Positions 8,927 through 18,383 of a stretch of DNA of 36,199 bases are shown one piece after another. Source of the stretch: Patescibacteria group bacterium (GTDB lineage: Bacteria > Patescibacteriota > Minisyncoccia > 2-02-FULL-40-12 > GWA2-44-9); NCBI GenBank assembly GCA_038078535.1, contig JBBTYS010000024.1, positions 1 to 36,199 of the forward strand. The letters run 5' to 3'. Each line of letters starts with the position of its first letter. Position 1 is the stretch's first letter. A program made the translations under genes and the position numbers. The notes beneath the pieces are model-generated. The model ran no database searches. It saw only the letters and a program-made list of their open reading frames with translations, and was not told the origin of the DNA.

Positions 8927-9804
8927 TGGTCGTGCGTTCCGGTTTTCATGGTGTTGCCTTTCAATAGGTTGGTAATCATTACGGTTGTAGCCATTACATC
9001 GGGCTGGTTGGTAAGTTCATGCACCAGGTTATAAAATGCCTCCTGCAAAGGCGCTGACTGCTTATACAACCACGTGCGTATGTTGGCAAGGTATTGCTCA
9101 GTGGTAGGGTTGCCACTACCACTTGCAGGGGCGTTGAGTTGGCCTTGTGCTGCCACACCTTCAACAGGTAAGCCCATCATACGCGAAGCCAGGCCGGCCA
9201 GCATGTCCATAGCCCTGTCATTGTTCAATACCCTATCGGTAATGCCGTTGAGCCCTGTTTTGCTTTCAACTGCCTGGCTCATTTTCTCCACTTCATGATC
9301 TTTTTTGATCATCTCTTTTTCAAACTCACGCACTTTGTTGTCAAGGGTTTTATTCTCGGTCTTCAACCACGTGTTTTCGGTTTCGAGATTGGTTACTTTA
9401 TCTTGTTCAGTTTTCAAAGCATAATCTTTCCAGCTATCCATTGGCTTATTGGGTTGCGATTGATGTGATGATGGCCTTGGGTATTGGGGCTTAGGCATTT
9501 GATCAGAGAATAGTGATCCCATTGTTCCTACCTTATTATTGATCTTACCATGGGGCATGGCAATAGTAGATGCTGGCAAGGTGAATATTTTTGCTATTAC
9601 CTCTGCGGTGCCGTTTGGCCGATAGATTTCTACAATGACATCATTCGCGCCCATGTCTTTCACCTGCATGATGGCTTCCATGATGGCTTCCTGATTGTCG
9701 CCATCAATTTTTCGTGCCACGCGGATTACCTGGCCGTTGGGCAACTTGTAGCCCACAGATACCCGCCTGCGGTTGTTGCCTATGTAGATGAATATTTCGT
9801 TCAT
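8923..9804 (-). CDS. Hypothetical protein with a central coiled coil
   Basis: 293 aa. Heptad-like segment TEQDKVTNLETENTWLKTENKTLDNKVREFEKEMIKK. Confidence 0.55.
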   Translation of the reverse strand: MNEIFIYIGNNRRRVSVGYKLPNGQVIRVARKIDGDNQEAIMEAIMQVKDMGANDVIVEIYRPNGTAEVIAKIFTLPASTIAMPHGKINNKVGTMGSLFSDQMPKPQYPRPSSHQSQPNKPMDSWKDYALKTEQDKVTNLETENTWLKTENKTLDNKVREFEKEMIKKDHEVEKMSQAVESKTGLNGITDRVLNNDRAMDMLAGLASRMMGLPVEGVAAQGQLNAPASGSGNPTTEQYLANIRTWLYKQSAPLQEAFYNLVHELTNQPDVMATTVMITNLLKGNTMKTGTHDQ

Positions 9805-9814
9805 AAAAAAATTA

Positions 9815-10168
9815 TTATCGGCTGTGTGTTATCTGAATAATATCTCCGCTTGTGCCCTTTAAGCGGATGTTGTGCGTGATATTTATAAAACCAATTGGCA
9901 CTTTGTCGCCTGTTATCCACGTGCCGGAATTGCTATCAATTGTGCGTGTAGCTATCTGCACTGTTGTTGCTGCACTTATTATAGTTACATAGGCTGTGCG
10001 CTCTTCGTGCTGGCGGTATGGGTAAGCATCACCAAACTGTACCTCCAGCTCGCTGGAGCTTGCCAGGGTTATCTTAGCTCCGTTGTAGATTACCGTTGGC
10101 ACCGGTGGAGTGAACGACATCAGTGCCGTCAGGCACACAAATAAGAGAAGTACTTTAATGGTTTTCAT
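9815..10168 (-). CDS. Small protein with an N-terminal signal-peptide-like sequence
   Basis: 117 aa. N-terminus MKTIKVLLLFVCLTALMSF, then beta-rich sequence. Confidence 0.55.
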   Translation of the reverse strand: MKTIKVLLLFVCLTALMSFTPPVPTVIYNGAKITLASSSELEVQFGDAYPYRQHEERTAYVTIISAATTVQIATRTIDSNSGTWITGDKVPIGFINITHNIRLKGTSGDIIQITHSR

Positions 10169-10182
10169 ATTTGATTAGTTTT

Positions 10183-12363
10183 TTAGTTTAATACCAATGC
10201 TCCTTTGTTACCTGCGTAATACCTTCCCTCAATTGTCCAGGTCTCGCTTGTCGAGAAATTGTAATTAGAGTATATGAAAGGGTAGAACTTCGCATTACCA
10301 GCCCCCACAAAGTCAGAGACAAAAGGTGTCCCCCTATTTACTCCCCCTACTCTCCAGTCCCTTGATGGATTTGGCCAATGCATACCGATAACAAAGTCGC
10401 TCAATGGTGCCAATCCGGTCGAGTAAAAAAGATAGCTCCTTTGCGACTCCTGTGATCCAGTTAAATTAACACTTGTGTTCTCGGGTGGCCTCACAACAAT
10501 TTGCTCATCCTCGCATTTGAATTTGTTAAACCATGTATCACCAAGAATTATCATGTTGTTGTACCCAGCTGAAATGTTTCCGCCTTGAAGCCAATTAAAA
10601 ATCTGCTTATAGTAAAGACCGCTTTTTGCCGCAAATGAATGAGTGGTTGATAAAGTGCCCATGTTTCCAGAAGCCTGTGGATGAATAATGTCAATTGATT
10701 GGGTCAATGAAAAATTGGAGAAGGGCACATACTTATTCAAATAGATATTATTCTCAGATTGTACATCGATCACATTACCATCGATAGTAAATACTCTTCC
10801 CGCTGCACCTGTTGCTGTTGACCTGTTGCCGTGCCCGGGTAGCCAGTACAATGCATCACCACCGTCTACATCCCGAAAGTTGTATGCAAACTCACCAAAT
10901 GATTGAGCACCTTGTGGCCCGGCTACTACATCCTCTGTAAACAAGTCATAATCATACTGCTCTGCAAAAGAGTATCCAGTTGGGCCGTCTGAATCATTAT
11001 CAATCCAAGCACGGGTATTGGCACTGGCACCAGTGGGGCTAGCTTTTGACAATACTAAAAACGTGTGCGTCCCCGGATCCAGGTTACTCCAGGTAACGGT
11101 TGAATTTGCACTAACTAAAGTTGCATTATAAGTATCTATGGTTACATCCGCTGGTATGTTTGCATCATTTGCCCCACTTCCGTATATGTACAGAAAACCC
11201 GTTCCTCGATTATCCTTTGTAGAATTGTGCGAAAGTCTTGTTCCTGTAAACTCGCCCCAAACCCATACGCCATAAGTGCCCGCTGGATTGTTCACATTAT
11301 TAATGTATAGCCCATTACCTGTGCCTGGTTGAACTGGTGACTTTCCCCAGAGTACAGTCCAGTCCGAATTCGTAGTAGAACCAACGTTATTAATTGTATT
11401 AAAATTCAAAACACCAGTACCTGAGTCATAAGTCTGTAGAAGGGCGTAGCCATTCTTATTTGCAGGATCAGCCGTTCTTTGGAAGTAAATTATCTTCTCT
11501 CTTTTTATTGTCCATGAAGAAAACGTACCAGACCCAACATGGATAGTACTGGCTCCCCGCGCTATGCCTGTTCCAGAATCATAGCTAGCAATCACATACA
11601 CCACCAAATTATTAGCATCACCATACAGGGTAACATTATCACCAAGCACCAGACTGAGACCTGTGCCAAGATTAATTGTCAGTGCTGTCGGATGGGTAGT
11701 TGGTATAGCAAATGACGAGCTGCTACTACCAAGGGTAGAACTGTTTGGTAAAGAAAGACCCGTTCCTATTGTGAGCGTTCTGGCAGTAGGATGCGATGTG
11801 GGGATCGCCATCGATGTTGATGACGTACTTATTGTTGCTGTACCTGTGCCATGATTTCCAGCGTAAGTGCTGGAGTACCTGTTGTAAAAGCTTGGTACGT
11901 AAGAGCCTCTGCCTATCCCGTTGATACGGATTAAATCATCTTCCCTTAAACTTAACGTGTAACGGGCATATTTTCCACTACCTAAGTTTTGAACAATATC
12001 AACACCTGGCTCTAAATCCCATTTGGCTGGATGTGTGTCAGGGCTTTGACCTGCTGTAGTTGCCTGGTTGGCTCTGAACAACAGTGGACTTGATGCACTA
12101 GGATATGTAACAGTTTGATATTGTGAATAAGCAGTGCCAGAGGCCCAGGTGCCAACATACAATACACCGCTACTTCCATGACTTCCACCAAAAGAGGTTC
12201 TGATTTGAATGTCTGAACTGCCATTACCGGATTGCTTTAGAAGATCAGAAACTAAACCATAATCAGTTTTACCAACAAACCAATCGAAAGCAATTGCACG
12301 GTTTTGTGCATACGAAGAAATGGCAACTGACCATAGCGTAATAATTATGAGTATCCGTCTCAT
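10183..12363 (-). CDS. Large fibre/spike-like protein with a signal-peptide-like N-terminus
   Basis: 726 aa. N-terminus MRRILIIITLWSVAISSYAQ. A weak carbohydrate-binding (CBM5/12-like) pattern is GTWASGTAYSQYQTVTY...AGQSPDTHPAKW. An internal duplication reads AIPT(S/T)HPTA(R/L)T(L/I)..GTGLSL. Confidence 0.6.
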   Translation of the reverse strand: MRRILIIITLWSVAISSYAQNRAIAFDWFVGKTDYGLVSDLLKQSGNGSSDIQIRTSFGGSHGSSGVLYVGTWASGTAYSQYQTVTYPSASSPLLFRANQATTAGQSPDTHPAKWDLEPGVDIVQNLGSGKYARYTLSLREDDLIRINGIGRGSYVPSFYNRYSSTYAGNHGTGTATISTSSTSMAIPTSHPTARTLTIGTGLSLPNSSTLGSSSSSFAIPTTHPTALTINLGTGLSLVLGDNVTLYGDANNLVVYVIASYDSGTGIARGASTIHVGSGTFSSWTIKREKIIYFQRTADPANKNGYALLQTYDSGTGVLNFNTINNVGSTTNSDWTVLWGKSPVQPGTGNGLYINNVNNPAGTYGVWVWGEFTGTRLSHNSTKDNRGTGFLYIYGSGANDANIPADVTIDTYNATLVSANSTVTWSNLDPGTHTFLVLSKASPTGASANTRAWIDNDSDGPTGYSFAEQYDYDLFTEDVVAGPQGAQSFGEFAYNFRDVDGGDALYWLPGHGNRSTATGAAGRVFTIDGNVIDVQSENNIYLNKYVPFSNFSLTQSIDIIHPQASGNMGTLSTTHSFAAKSGLYYKQIFNWLQGGNISAGYNNMIILGDTWFNKFKCEDEQIVVRPPENTSVNLTGSQESQRSYLFYSTGLAPLSDFVIGMHWPNPSRDWRVGGVNRGTPFVSDFVGAGNAKFYPFIYSNYNFSTSETWTIEGRYYAGNKGALVLN

Positions 12364-12364
12364 G

Positions 12365-12691
12365 TTACTCTTGTTTTGTTGTCACCGTTAATTTATCTGT
12401 TGCATACTCCAGCCGTTTTACCTGATCGGCTTCGATGGCGGCATCCGAATGTCTCAGCACCAATCGTATAATCGTATTGATTTGTATGTTGATGGCATCC
12501 ATCTGCCTTTGAATAGGATCGAGTTGCTTCTGTAATGGCTCCAGTTGCTTTTGCAACTCGGCAATGTCTGCCTGGTCAGCGGGCGAGATTGGCACAACCA
12601 CGGTTGAATCATTTTTGTCCGCTTCCTTAGCTTGTGAAAAACAAAGTGTTGTAACGAACACTAATAAAATGGATGCTGCTAAATTCTTCAT
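12365..12691 (-). CDS. Small secreted-type coiled-coil protein
   Basis: 108 aa. Signal-like N-terminus ending FSQA, then the repetitive segment LQKQLEPLQKQLDPIQRQMD. Confidence 0.5.
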   Translation of the reverse strand: MKNLAASILLVFVTTLCFSQAKEADKNDSTVVVPISPADQADIAELQKQLEPLQKQLDPIQRQMDAINIQINTIIRLVLRHSDAAIEADQVKRLEYATDKLTVTTKQE

Positions 12692-12721
12692 AATTAAATT
12701 TGGGTTAAGTGAAACTTTTTT

Positions 12722-13957
12722 TTAATCCCATTTTCCAATTGAAGTAAGAGAACTTGATCCTATACGATAACAACTAAAGTATGATCCAGCGCGCACAACA
12801 CCAGCTGCCGCAGTAACTAAAGAAACAGAAGGGACGATCGTGCCCGCTACAGTTACACGAAAAGTTCCTTTAAGCCTGAAATTCCATGTAGTCCCTGTAC
12901 CAGCCGTTTGCATGGATGCTGGTGATTGTCCTTGTATCATTGTTGAGCCTGTCTGAGTGGCTGCGGTAGCCGTGTTACCATCGACTCCTACCGAATGATA
13001 AAGTACTGTCCCTATTGTTGCTCCTCCCGCTCCTAAGATATCAAATGCTCCATTACCAGAAGTAGCAGACAATGACGAAATACTAGAAACACATTCAAAT
13101 AAATATGTTCCAGTTTCAAGTGTCAGTCGGCCATTGGCAGACACATTAAACAGTTTTTGTTCAGATGTTGTACTTGTTAATGTGTAATTTGCATCTTGAA
13201 TTATTAAATTCATTACAGGAATAGCCCCTGAATTACCAATATCAGTAGTTCCGTAGATAGTGTTTGCATCCGTAGTTAACTTTGGTAAAATTGTATTGGC
13301 TAAATCGGCATCTGCAATTGCCCCATCTGCAACATTAAATGTTCCGGTAAATGTTGAGTTTGTAAACATGGTAGCCTTACTCTCATTAGTAACATTGCCT
13401 AACCCAACGTGTGTTGCGGTCACTCCTGAAACGGTTCCGGTAAATGTCGGAGAGCTAAACATGGTAGCCTTACTCTCATTAGTAACATTCTCTAATGAAA
13501 GATTTGTGCGCGCTGTTGTATAGTTTGCTAACCCAGAAAGATTTTCAGATTTAAGCATATCACCGCCACCGGAAATGGTTGCAAATTCATAATCTGTATT
13601 TCCGGCATTGCGCCTAAGATATTGCAATGCCGTGCCAGAAACCCCCGTCATTGTGGTTATTCCATTTCCAATAATCACTCCGGTAATTGGAAGAAAGTAT
13701 CCATCATTATGTTTGTCGGCTATTTCAATAGGGGAAATCTGGGTTGTAGTGTATGGAATTTCAAACCAGGCACCCCCAACTAATTTCCAGTTTTTGTTTG
13801 TGTCATTTGTATGACAATAGAACCCATTGCCTCCGCCCCATGAAGTACTGCGATCAGCCTCTGTCTCGCATACATAGTAATTTTTAAAAGTCAATACTGC
13901 CTGAGCATTGCTTACCAACCCCGCACACATTAAAATAAATACAACAACTTTTTTCAT
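12722..13957 (-). CDS. Tail-fibre-like repeat protein with a signal-peptide-like N-terminus
   Basis: 411 aa. N-terminus MKKVVVFILMCAGLVSNAQA. It has a 31-aa tandem repeat NVTNESKATMF..TFTGT (93-bp DNA period, near 13364 and 13457). Confidence 0.6.
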   Translation of the reverse strand: MKKVVVFILMCAGLVSNAQAVLTFKNYYVCETEADRSTSWGGGNGFYCHTNDTNKNWKLVGGAWFEIPYTTTQISPIEIADKHNDGYFLPITGVIIGNGITTMTGVSGTALQYLRRNAGNTDYEFATISGGGDMLKSENLSGLANYTTARTNLSLENVTNESKATMFSSPTFTGTVSGVTATHVGLGNVTNESKATMFTNSTFTGTFNVADGAIADADLANTILPKLTTDANTIYGTTDIGNSGAIPVMNLIIQDANYTLTSTTSEQKLFNVSANGRLTLETGTYLFECVSSISSLSATSGNGAFDILGAGGATIGTVLYHSVGVDGNTATAATQTGSTMIQGQSPASMQTAGTGTTWNFRLKGTFRVTVAGTIVPSVSLVTAAAGVVRAGSYFSCYRIGSSSLTSIGKWD

Positions 13958-13969
13958 GATCTTGCTTTT

Positions 13970-16168
13970 TTAATCTATTACAACTCCTAAGTTTCTAAGC
14001 GCTGTTTCCAATTTAAGAACCTTTTCAGTCAACCTGTAAAAGTTGTTTCGGATGATAGCCGCATCGTTTGTGTAAATAGTCAAATCGGTATAATTAGCAA
14101 TTACGCTGACAGTTCCACCGGATGTAACGTTATTGACCAAAATCGTATTTACTGACTGCTGAGTTGCGGTTAATATATTACCGCTTGCATCAAATTGCAG
14201 AGAGCCAACAGGTGTACCTGAAAATGAACTACTAGAAGTGTATGAACTTAATTTTAATTGCCCTGTTGAAATCATCCTTAGTTTTTCGTTGGCCGCTGCG
14301 CCTGCCGCCATTGTTTTAAAAACAATATCAAAATCTTCAGACGCTCCTGTTAAATCTGTGGACACCGATGAGATAATACCGCCTATCTCATCTACTGACC
14401 CTGTAAAAGTGGTAAACGTTATTGCGCCTCCAAAACCTACCGCCTCTACACCTGAACTATTGCTTTTTATATCCAGAACATTTCCAACAGTAGTGGTATT
14501 TGTGGTTGTACCATAAACAACAAGTCCGGTAGTACTTAATGTTGCTTGCGCAGCAGATGTGCCAAGCGACAAAAGAATATTACCGCTCGCTTTAGTAACA
14601 AATTGAAAGCCCACATTTGCGGCACTTCCGGAGGCGGTTATAACTCTGTCCGCTCCCGCTAATCCGGTATCTCCAAAAGTGGCGTTACCGTTGGCCGGAC
14701 TAAATATTTTACCACCAATAGCATTGGTGCCATCACTCACCATCAATTCAGTATTAGCCGCTGAGTTGGTGATACCGCCACCACCCGTTGAAGCAATAGT
14801 AACTGTTCCTGCCGAACCTGTTCCACCGGTAGTCAGTGTTATATTAGAGCCTTCAATCAATTGAACCGATCCTCCGGAGGCCGATAGCGTTACGGTGTGG
14901 CTAGTCGCATCAGAAGTATTGTTGATCGTTTGATCTCCTGTATTTGCTCCTGTAGCTGTTCCACCACCAGTTGCAAAATCTGCACCTGTTAATGCGGTAT
15001 TAAATTCTGCCAGTGACCCCGTGATACCAACAATACTGGTTTGATCTCCTGTATTCGTCCCTGAGTTTATCCCGGTAATATCAGAGGTGAATGCCAGAGT
15101 ACCTGCCGCGTCTTTAAGAGTATAAATTCTATCTGCGGTATTTGTGTTTACAAAATTTCCATTGAAAGTATTGGCAACGTTTCTCAAAAAGAATTTTGTG
15201 TCGTTAAAAGTTTTAGCCCCTGTTACTGTTTGAACATCCGCTAACACCATGTCACCCGATCCACTTGTTACCGTTGACGTTGGGATTAACCCGTAAGCTG
15301 TTAAAGCATCTGCTATCTCTTGAGATGTAGTTACGGCTCCTTGTTTTACAACTGCCGTAGCATTGAAAAAACCTAATTTTGCCCCAGCCCTGGTTTGAAT
15401 ATTTATAGCACCTTCTGTACCGCTTGCATTCGGAAGCCCGGATGTTAAAGACACATTTCCTCCGTTAGTGTCTCCTGAGGCATAGCCAGCTCCACCATTC
15501 AAATTAAGATTTTGGCCCGTGGTAGCCGAAACCAATCCAGTTGCTGCTGAAATAATCCATGAAGCAGGAGCTGCCAAGCTGCCTTTCACCGAAGTAAATG
15601 TGGCTGCATCGGGAGCTATTTCATAATAATTATCAAATGGGCTTCCTGATCTTATAGTTACTTTTCCTGCACCTTTAACATTTAATGAAAACCCAACATC
15701 AGCAGCGCTTCCACTAGCAGAAAGTGTTCTATTCGTTCCAGATAATCCACCATCACCCAATGTTAAATCTCCATTTGCCTGACTAAATATTTTACCGCCA
15801 ATAGCATTGGTGCCATCACTCACCATCAATTCGGTACTAGCCGCTGAGTTAGTAATTCCACCGGCAGGAGCCCAGCTACCATCTGCTCGTAAAAAATTAA
15901 CAGTGCCCCCCCCACTGGCTGGTACCAAGCCACGAATGGCGGTACCAAAAAGCGTAGGAAATAATTTTTTGCGTACTCCATTTTCATACCCAACCCATTC
16001 GTTGGATTGGTACAGGTAAGTAAGCACCCCATAGCCAGAAGGCACCACCAATGCAGTGCTGTCTGCCAGCTTGGAGCGTACAGCACTTGCAGGCACAACG
16101 CCTGTTTGCCCAATACAATAGGAAATGGGCAGTAGGCAATAGGCAAGTATGGTAACTAACCGTTTCAT
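13970..16168 (-). CDS. Tail-fibre-like repeat protein with a signal-peptide-like N-terminus
   Basis: 732 aa, Gly/Thr/Ser/Asn-rich. It has two GxNTGDQT motifs and a duplicated module of about 70 aa, ITNSAA.TELMVSDGTNAIGGKIFS..., 361 aa apart. Confidence 0.6.
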   Translation of the reverse strand: MKRLVTILAYCLLPISYCIGQTGVVPASAVRSKLADSTALVVPSGYGVLTYLYQSNEWVGYENGVRKKLFPTLFGTAIRGLVPASGGGTVNFLRADGSWAPAGGITNSAASTELMVSDGTNAIGGKIFSQANGDLTLGDGGLSGTNRTLSASGSAADVGFSLNVKGAGKVTIRSGSPFDNYYEIAPDAATFTSVKGSLAAPASWIISAATGLVSATTGQNLNLNGGAGYASGDTNGGNVSLTSGLPNASGTEGAINIQTRAGAKLGFFNATAVVKQGAVTTSQEIADALTAYGLIPTSTVTSGSGDMVLADVQTVTGAKTFNDTKFFLRNVANTFNGNFVNTNTADRIYTLKDAAGTLAFTSDITGINSGTNTGDQTSIVGITGSLAEFNTALTGADFATGGGTATGANTGDQTINNTSDATSHTVTLSASGGSVQLIEGSNITLTTGGTGSAGTVTIASTGGGGITNSAANTELMVSDGTNAIGGKIFSPANGNATFGDTGLAGADRVITASGSAANVGFQFVTKASGNILLSLGTSAAQATLSTTGLVVYGTTTNTTTVGNVLDIKSNSSGVEAVGFGGAITFTTFTGSVDEIGGIISSVSTDLTGASEDFDIVFKTMAAGAAANEKLRMISTGQLKLSSYTSSSSFSGTPVGSLQFDASGNILTATQQSVNTILVNNVTSGGTVSVIANYTDLTIYTNDAAIIRNNFYRLTEKVLKLETALRNLGVVID

Positions 16169-16171
16169 TTT

Positions 16172-16546
16172 TTACTTTGGTGGTTCTATTCCGTCAGCGA
16201 CATTGGTTTTGTAATCGATTATGTTATTGATTCTTTTGGAGGCCAGGCCAAACAACCGACTGGCAATGTCGCTGCCGGTGTACCCCACAAACCCAAATCC
16301 TATTTTCAGATAATCAATCACATTTTTATTGATGCCCACAATTTCATCCATAAAAAAAAGAAAGAGGACAATCGTGATCAACGATGAAGTGACCGACAGC
16401 CAGTCTTCCTTGAAGTAGCCTAGCGCGCTGAAGGGAAGGTTTGCGACTTTAGCTTTCTGTTGAATGGAACGAAGTTTAAGGGTAGTTTGCAACACCATGC
16501 CCAGGAAGGCAACCGCAAAACATTGGAGGTACAAGATTAAGCTCAT
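16172..16546 (-). CDS. Multi-pass membrane protein
   Basis: 124 aa with about three hydrophobic helices (LILYLQCFAVAFLGMVL, SSLITIVLFLFFM, IGFGFVGY). Confidence 0.55.
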   Translation of the reverse strand: MSLILYLQCFAVAFLGMVLQTTLKLRSIQQKAKVANLPFSALGYFKEDWLSVTSSLITIVLFLFFMDEIVGINKNVIDYLKIGFGFVGYTGSDIASRLFGLASKRINNIIDYKTNVADGIEPPK

Positions 16547-16564
16547 AGATTTAATTTTTCGGTT

Positions 16565-17137
16565 TTAAACAAAAATTGATTTTATCTCCATGTACCAATC
16601 GGCACCGTCCTTGGTACACTCGGCTTTGTAGGTGCCTGCTTCGAAGCAAGTCCATACTTTAGTTACGTTGTCCCACTGCGGGTCGGTCATTTTAAAATTG
16701 GCCGGCCACGTTTGGCTGTGTGCGCCCGTGGTGGTGAAGAATATGTCTATCTTAAGGCTGGTGGCATCGTTGGTGACTTGCCAGGTCTTAGCGGCAATAG
16801 CGGCCGATGGTTTGAACACCCTCTGTTTGCTGTTGGCCATATCCAACACAATAGGGTTGGCGGCTGCGTTGTATTGCACCAGGCTCACTTCGGCATCCAG
16901 CCCTTCGGCATCGCTGATTTTTACAAAACTTGCACCGATCCATTTGTAGTAGGCGTTAGATCCAGGGGTTTCCACTGTGGGGTCGCCAAGGCCAACACCA
17001 GGAAAATCTTTGGAGGCATCGATCACCAACACACCTTGCCCCTTGTTGGTATTGTTCCAATCTGCGGCAATGGTATTGCGTGTAGGATAGTCTTCCACTA
17101 CGCGGTCGACCAATAATCTTTGTATGCCCCCCGGCAT
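16565..17137 (-). CDS. Hypothetical beta-rich protein
   Basis: 190 aa, ATG start, no motif recognised. Confidence 0.5.
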   Translation of the reverse strand: MPGGIQRLLVDRVVEDYPTRNTIAADWNNTNKGQGVLVIDASKDFPGVGLGDPTVETPGSNAYYKWIGASFVKISDAEGLDAEVSLVQYNAAANPIVLDMANSKQRVFKPSAAIAAKTWQVTNDATSLKIDIFFTTTGAHSQTWPANFKMTDPQWDNVTKVWTCFEAGTYKAECTKDGADWYMEIKSIFV

Positions 17138-17141
17138 GGCT

Positions 17142-17420
17142 TTAGATTGTTTTTAAGATGAGTGCTATGCTTCCGGCTGCGCCAAATTTGATGAATATAT
17201 CACCGTCCCAGGTTTCGCATGGCCGGTAGAGCGGCCATGTAGACAGTTCGTTAGGGTTGAGTGGAATATCGGGTTCGCCATCTTTCGAAAACCCAAAATA
17301 TATTTTCTCGGCACCAACGTTTTGAATGGTGAAATCGATACAATCATTTACGGTTGTATCCTTGATTTGATTTACCCCATCCAACCGTGTTACGTCTGGC
17401 TTTCGCTTTGTATCTGCCAT
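17142..17420 (-). CDS. Hypothetical protein
   Basis: 92 aa, ATG start, tightly packed with its neighbours. Confidence 0.5.
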   Translation of the reverse strand: MADTKRKPDVTRLDGVNQIKDTTVNDCIDFTIQNVGAEKIYFGFSKDGEPDIPLNPNELSTWPLYRPCETWDGDIFIKFGAAGSIALILKTI

Positions 17421-17422
17421 TG

Positions 17423-17872
17423 TCAGATTTTTTTGCGCAACCTGAAGATGATCTGGTACGATAACTCAGCCGCAAGATTGTTGGCAAACTCTGTTTTAAT
17501 ATCGAGTTTCTCGCCCCTCACCACCTGGATAAAAATATCCTTGTAACGGTCGTTGATGGGTGTATCACTACCGGCCTGCCAATCTTTCTTATGCGTAATG
17601 GTATGGTAAGTGTTGTTCTTATCTTCAATACCAATGCTATAGAATGCTATACCACCCGTGCCAAGTTCAATCACCTGCACACCATCGGCAAACTCAAAGT
17701 TGGTGTCTAACTCCTGGCTGTCGGTGTAGCGGCCTGCTACTGTTAAATTTGCTTTGGTTACGGTAATGGTCTGATACTTTGTTTTGTACCGCACCTCCTT
17801 GCCAAACTGATCCTTTAAGATGGTAACTAATGCGCTGAGATGTTCAATAATTTTTTTCAAGAAGCTTTCCAT
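17423..17872 (-). CDS. Hypothetical beta-rich protein
   Basis: 149 aa, ATG start. Confidence 0.5.
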   Translation of the reverse strand: MESFLKKIIEHLSALVTILKDQFGKEVRYKTKYQTITVTKANLTVAGRYTDSQELDTNFEFADGVQVIELGTGGIAFYSIGIEDKNNTYHTITHKKDWQAGSDTPINDRYKDIFIQVVRGEKLDIKTEFANNLAAELSYQIIFRLRKKI

Positions 17873-17882
17873 ATTGTTAAAA

Positions 17883-18311
17883 TTACTGTGCCTGGTTTGT
17901 CCAAATAGTTCCTTTTATGGTGGCTGCCATTGTGCCTGCCCCCGTCCATGTAATTCTATAATACCTCACCGGACTTCCAGTGAACTGCCATATACCGCCT
18001 TGAGTGGCAACATCGGTAGCAGTAAATGTGGTGGACGATATAGAGGCATAGTCTACCCCGTCATTGCTTCCATGAATGGCAATAGTGCCGGCCACTAGAC
18101 CCGATATTTTAGTGGCTATAAATTGAACGGATGATACATTTCCGCTTTCGAGGGATGCATCAACCTGAACAAATCCTGTTGCTGTATTGGTTACAGTATC
18201 TGACACCAAAAGAGTTGATCCTAAGGCGTTGTAAAAGTTTCTTGCCTTTTGAGCTTGCCCGCTAAATGCAATGCATGTGGCAAGCATTATTGAAATGAAT
18301 ATTTTTTTCAT
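17883..18311 (-). CDS. Small protein with a signal-peptide-like N-terminus
   Basis: 142 aa. N-terminus MKKIFISIMLATCIAFSGQAQ. The start lies 30 nt downstream of palindrome copy 1. Confidence 0.55.
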   Translation of the reverse strand: MKKIFISIMLATCIAFSGQAQKARNFYNALGSTLLVSDTVTNTATGFVQVDASLESGNVSSVQFIATKISGLVAGTIAIHGSNDGVDYASISSTTFTATDVATQGGIWQFTGSPVRYYRITWTGAGTMAATIKGTIWTNQAQ

Positions 18312-18340
18312 GATATTTTATCTTTTAATGATGGAAAAAT

Positions 18341-18364
18341 GGAGACGCAAAATTTTGCGTCTCC
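18341..18364. repeat. Palindromic element, copy 1 (perfect 24-bp palindrome; terminator-like on the minus strand)
   Basis: ggagacgcaaaattttgcgtctcc. On the minus strand it is followed by ATTTTTCC. It lies between the 204-aa gene stop (18384) and the next start (18311). Confidence 0.8.
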
Positions 18365-18383
18365 CTGCATTTTTTTTCTCGGT

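Noticed and set aside
12012-12224. Same-strand nested ORFs inside the large fibre/spike genes (12012-12224, 15826-16146, 21385-21747, 20938-21153)
   Set aside because: They are alternative frames of long genes with coherent repeat structure. There is no coupling signal or motif support.
14699-15858. The fibre-gene internal repeat as a possible second TR/VR pair
   Set aside because: Its mismatches include G/A and C/T changes in both directions and are not confined to adenines of one copy. Both copies are coding and in the same gene.
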